Source of the DNA: an uncultured Christensenella sp.
Lineage (GTDB): Bacteria; Bacillota; Clostridia; Christensenellales; UBA3700
DNA length: 64,000 bases
Assembly (NCBI GenBank): GCA_910583735.1
Contig: CAJTXS010000001.1
Span: 150,197-214,196, forward strand
Direction of reading: 5' to 3'
The notes beneath the pieces were generated by a model, which was not told the DNA's origin, searched no databases, and saw only the letters and a list, made by a program, of their open reading frames with translations. Every line of letters starts with the position of its first letter. The first letter of the stretch is position 1. The position numbers were made by a program, and so were the translations under genes. Below are positions 60,687-64,000 of the stretch, piece after piece.

Positions 60687-63600
60687 ATGAGTAAAAAGAA
60701 GGTGTTAATAATATTGGCGCTTACGGCGTGCGTACTTGCGGCATTGATACTGTCGGCGTGTACGGGCGCGTCGCTCGACGTCAATTACACCGATGCGGTC
60801 GAGGAGTTTTACGGCGACGGCATGTCACTTGCTCACGTATATTCCGCGCCCGAGAGCGCTGCGGAGTTCAAGTCTAATCCCCGAGTATACAAGCGTATAA
60901 TGATTGACAACCGTATCAACGGTTCGCACATCACCGGACTGTATCTTCCCAAAGGGGAGAGCGTTACGGTTACTATCCCCGAGCAGGAGCGTACTTCCAA
61001 TCACAGCGTAACGCTTATAGCTTCGGACGGAGAGCTTATCAAAGATGTGGGACTTACGCAACCTTCTTTGAGTATCTCCGCGGGCGACGAGGGCGGAATA
61101 TTGCTGTTCAATATCGGAGCACGCAGCGTAGATACGCAGCTCAAGCCCTTCCTTGTCACTTTCGACGGCGCGATGCAGAGCCCTTACTACAGGTACGGAC
61201 TGGACAGCGAGGACGACCTGTCCGACTGCGCGTCCTACGGAGATATCCCCGCGTTGATAGACGGCGGTAATATCAGATTTTATATCCCGTGCTCTTCGCT
61301 TAAGGAGGTCAAGTCGCTTAAAGAAGCGATATCTTGGTGGCGCTCCGTATGCGGCTATATCAAGCTGTCTATATCGCAGAACCGCATGGACGGCAATAAT
61401 TCCCCCGTGCGAGTATACTTCACAGATAAGAGCAATGACGATTGCGATGTGCACATGGCTGAGGACTCTTTGACAAGTCTGTTCGACATCAATAAGCTGG
61501 GCAATACCGACGCAGGCTTGGACGTGATGCTCAGTGTTGCTCGCTGCGAGAGCGATAAGAGCGGCATATCCGTTAACGCCGCGCAGTTTTCTCGAGAGCT
61601 TGCCGAGCTCGCCGCGTACAATTCTTATATGTTCCATAAGGATTACTTTAATATTTTCGACAGCGCTTCTGATAAGAGCGGAATATTCTTCTCCAACGGC
61701 TACTCGGTGCTTAAGTCTATAGATAGCGGACTTGCCGACGACGATAAGACGCTATACGCGCTGTTGTGCTTTATGCACAGCTTCGGCACGGATAAGATGT
61801 CGCAGTTTATAGATACCTTTACGCAGGGAAGCGAGTTTTCGGGCTATGACAGGATAGTGTCTGCGGCGGCTGATGTATTCGGTATAGACGCCTCGACATT
61901 TATATCGCAAGTGTGCGGAGTGACGCCGGGCGATAAGGTAGTCTCTTATGCGGACGCTTACGATACATATATCCCCATATTCAATTACTACACCAGAGTG
62001 TGCGAGGGGGACAACTACGGCATAGGCAAGCGCGTCTATTTCGGCTATGCGTCCGAGTTTGATTTCAGGGCTACTACCGAGGTGTACGGCGGATCTGTCG
62101 TGTCGGCGACCGTTTCGGACAATTCGGGCAATTGGACGGCTCAGGGCGGCGTGCATATATACAAGTCGTCGTCGGAGTATGTCAGCGACGGATATTCTCT
62201 TACTATCGATGCCGTAGCGGACGGCAAGGCGATTACCTGCGTCAGTTACGGCGCGATGAGCGTCAACGTGGACGCGGCGCAGTACACGCTCTATTCCGAT
62301 GTGCCTTATCGCAATATGGAAGACGCTATCAAGGGATATTCTTCCGCTACCCCTTCTTACGCTACGGCGTTGGATAGGGCGGTATGCGGCATAGAGGCTT
62401 ATGCGGAAGAGGATGACAATACCAAGTATTCATTTGCAGTTACGCGCTTCAACTTCGAGCCTGCCAAGGACGGCACATACAGATTTTATTTGGTCAACAC
62501 AACGTCGGGCTTCTGTTATTACAGAGTAGTATTCGGAGTGGGCGATTACAGCGCGGTGATGTTCGACGGCAATATTCCCGTCATCGGAGGCTCGTACGCT
62601 CTGTATAAGAGCGAAGACTTAAAGGGCGGCTATGTATATAACTTCGCCATATATATGCTCCAGCCCGAGGGCGCTAACGGTTCCTCTCTGCTCGTGTCTG
62701 AGGACGGCGGCAAGACTATGCGCTTGATTACTGCGGACGACATGTCTTATCCCGGCACCAAGAAGTCGGATATGCGTCCCTACAAGTCGCCTATCTACGC
62801 GTCGCAGGGACTTGCATATCCCGACAACCTGTATATCGACGCGGATAATTCGGCATGGCGTATTACGGAGGGCGGCAGCGGTTACAGACATTACGGCGGA
62901 GACTTGAGCTTGCTCAACAACGGCAAGACGGTCGGCGGCGCGCATGTGTGTCAGTTCGAATTCTACGACGACGCGTCGATGTATGTCGACGCTCAGTTCG
63001 AAACGATAAGAGAGATTAATTATGTGCGCATATACGGAATCATCGAAGATGTCGACGTAAGACTGCGCCTTACCAACATCAAGGGCGAGTACGAGTACGT
63101 CGAGCTGTCGGGAGTAGATAACGCCTACAACGCCAACGCATATATGGCGCGTTGCGACGGAATTTATGTGGCGGCGCGTCTCGAGTTTAACGGTAAAGGC
63201 ACGGCGCAGCTTTCGGAGCTTACCGCGGGTATTATGATGGAGGATTGCGTATACGTCCCCCACAGCAGTACGTCGATTTGGTACGAGGGGCATTGGATGC
63301 GTAAGAGCGGCTGCATAGCCGTCAACGGCGGCATCAATCAGAATACCGCGGATAAGTCTCACCTCGAGTACTCATTCTATGGCGATTCGGTGGCGCTGCT
63401 TGCCGCTATAGGTCCCGAATACGGCTCGGCTAAAATTTATTTGGACAATAAGCTGTACGATACCGTTTCGTTTAATTCCGAGACGGTGGAGTATCAGAGG
63501 GTGCTGCTGTATAAAGTATTCGACAAGCTGGGTACTCATACCGTGAGGATAGAGCCCGTCAAGGGTAATACCGTCAATATCGACGCCATCGTATACACCA

Positions 63601-63857
63601 CGCAGGACTATGTCCCTGGGGAGAAGGCTATACCTTTCAATCCATATTATCTGCTTGCAATACCTGCGATTATCGCTGCGGGCATCATCATATGCGCCTC
63701 GCTCGACTTGGCGGGCAAGGGTAAGGCGGAGCGCGCTCTTAAGGCGACTGCGAGGAAGAAGCTGAAAGAGAGCAAGCAATCGCCTGCGCAAGATCAGAGC
63801 GCGGACGGCGCAGCAAGCGGCGAGCCCGAGCCTTCCGACACTGCCGATAATAAGTAA
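60687..63857 (+). CDS. 1056-aa envelope protein: lipoprotein signal, enhancin/M60-like N-terminal region without HEXXH, beta-sandwich (discoidin/CBM-like) domains, C-terminal TM anchor
   Basis: 'VLAALILSAC' lipobox. 'GSHITGLYLPKGESVTVTIPE', 'LLNNGKTVGGAHVCQFEF...INYVRIYG', 'HLEYSFYGDSVALLAAIGPEYGSAKIYLDNKLYDTV...HTVRIE'. TM 'YYLLAIPAIIAAGIIICASL' followed by a charged tail. Confidence 0.8.
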   Translation: MSKKKVLIILALTACVLAALILSACTGASLDVNYTDAVEEFYGDGMSLAHVYSAPESAAEFKSNPRVYKRIMIDNRINGSHITGLYLPKGESVTVTIPEQERTSNHSVTLIASDGELIKDVGLTQPSLSISAGDEGGILLFNIGARSVDTQLKPFLVTFDGAMQSPYYRYGLDSEDDLSDCASYGDIPALIDGGNIRFYIPCSSLKEVKSLKEAISWWRSVCGYIKLSISQNRMDGNNSPVRVYFTDKSNDDCDVHMAEDSLTSLFDINKLGNTDAGLDVMLSVARCESDKSGISVNAAQFSRELAELAAYNSYMFHKDYFNIFDSASDKSGIFFSNGYSVLKSIDSGLADDDKTLYALLCFMHSFGTDKMSQFIDTFTQGSEFSGYDRIVSAAADVFGIDASTFISQVCGVTPGDKVVSYADAYDTYIPIFNYYTRVCEGDNYGIGKRVYFGYASEFDFRATTEVYGGSVVSATVSDNSGNWTAQGGVHIYKSSSEYVSDGYSLTIDAVADGKAITCVSYGAMSVNVDAAQYTLYSDVPYRNMEDAIKGYSSATPSYATALDRAVCGIEAYAEEDDNTKYSFAVTRFNFEPAKDGTYRFYLVNTTSGFCYYRVVFGVGDYSAVMFDGNIPVIGGSYALYKSEDLKGGYVYNFAIYMLQPEGANGSSLLVSEDGGKTMRLITADDMSYPGTKKSDMRPYKSPIYASQGLAYPDNLYIDADNSAWRITEGGSGYRHYGGDLSLLNNGKTVGGAHVCQFEFYDDASMYVDAQFETIREINYVRIYGIIEDVDVRLRLTNIKGEYEYVELSGVDNAYNANAYMARCDGIYVAARLEFNGKGTAQLSELTAGIMMEDCVYVPHSSTSIWYEGHWMRKSGCIAVNGGINQNTADKSHLEYSFYGDSVALLAAIGPEYGSAKIYLDNKLYDTVSFNSETVEYQRVLLYKVFDKLGTHTVRIEPVKGNTVNIDAIVYTTQDYVPGEKAIPFNPYYLLAIPAIIAAGIIICASLDLAGKGKAERALKATARKKLKESKQSPAQDQSADGAASGEPEPSDTADNK

Positions 63858-63865
63858 AATATTAA

Positions 63866-64000
63866 TTATTTATGGATATATGCCTTGTCGGCGTAGTCGT
63901 ATGCCGCGGCTTTGAACACAGCGCTCGCGCGCATGCTTAACTTATCTTCTATATTCAATCTAATCTTATCGTAAGGGCGCACCGTAGCGGGAGCGGAGAA
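63866..64000 (-). CDS. 3' end of an unidentified minus-strand gene (continues beyond the window)
   Basis: Open frame from nt 64000 down to a TAA (complement of 63866..63868), encoding '...VRPYDKIRLNIEDKLSMRASAVFKAAAYDYADKAYIHK'. It is too short to appear in the ORF track and has no recognisable motif. Confidence 0.35.
   Translation of the reverse strand, partial: FSAPATVRPYDKIRLNIEDKLSMRASAVFKAAAYDYADKAYIHK

Overview
By eye, this 64-kb stretch looks like core chromosome of a Bacillota (Clostridia-like) organism. Its sporulation genes (spoIIID, a SpoVB-like flippase, a DUF421/DUF4363 pair) point to an endospore-forming lineage. GC looks moderate (not computed), and codon usage avoids TTA/CTA/TCA strongly. 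I call about 60 protein genes. I found no rRNA, tRNA, CRISPR array, transposase, integrase, phage gene or recognisable defence gene. The backbone, in order: a partial sensor kinase, manA, a ZIP transporter, tsaC-ywlE-rpiB followed directly by a complete 9-gene V-type ATPase operon (predicted Na+ type), a GH3 beta-glucosidase, guaB, glyQS, a PanT-like gene with coaX and hom, uvrBA, spoIIID, murC, rpmE-(DUF1385::prmC fusion)-prfA, a LeuA/NifV-family synthase, thrC, galU and dinB. I see no single obvious new multi-gene system. The strongest leads are: (1) a monocistronic 61-aa peptide that is 25% Cys; (2) three large envelope proteins that share an N-terminal lipoprotein-type signal and a C-terminal TM anchor, one made of five CBM4/9-like modules and one enhancin-like but without HEXXH; (3) a DUF1385-PrmC gene fusion next to prfA; (4) a membrane-anchored acidic/basic block protein ending in YegP (DUF1508) repeats; (5) a recurrent TATAAT-N6-9-ATG arrangement without a Shine-Dalgarno, suggesting frequent leaderless mRNAs; (6) a TauE/SafE transporter split into two half-size ORFs. 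All calls rest on motif recognition by eye and on the supplied ORF track. No database search or folding calculation was possible.
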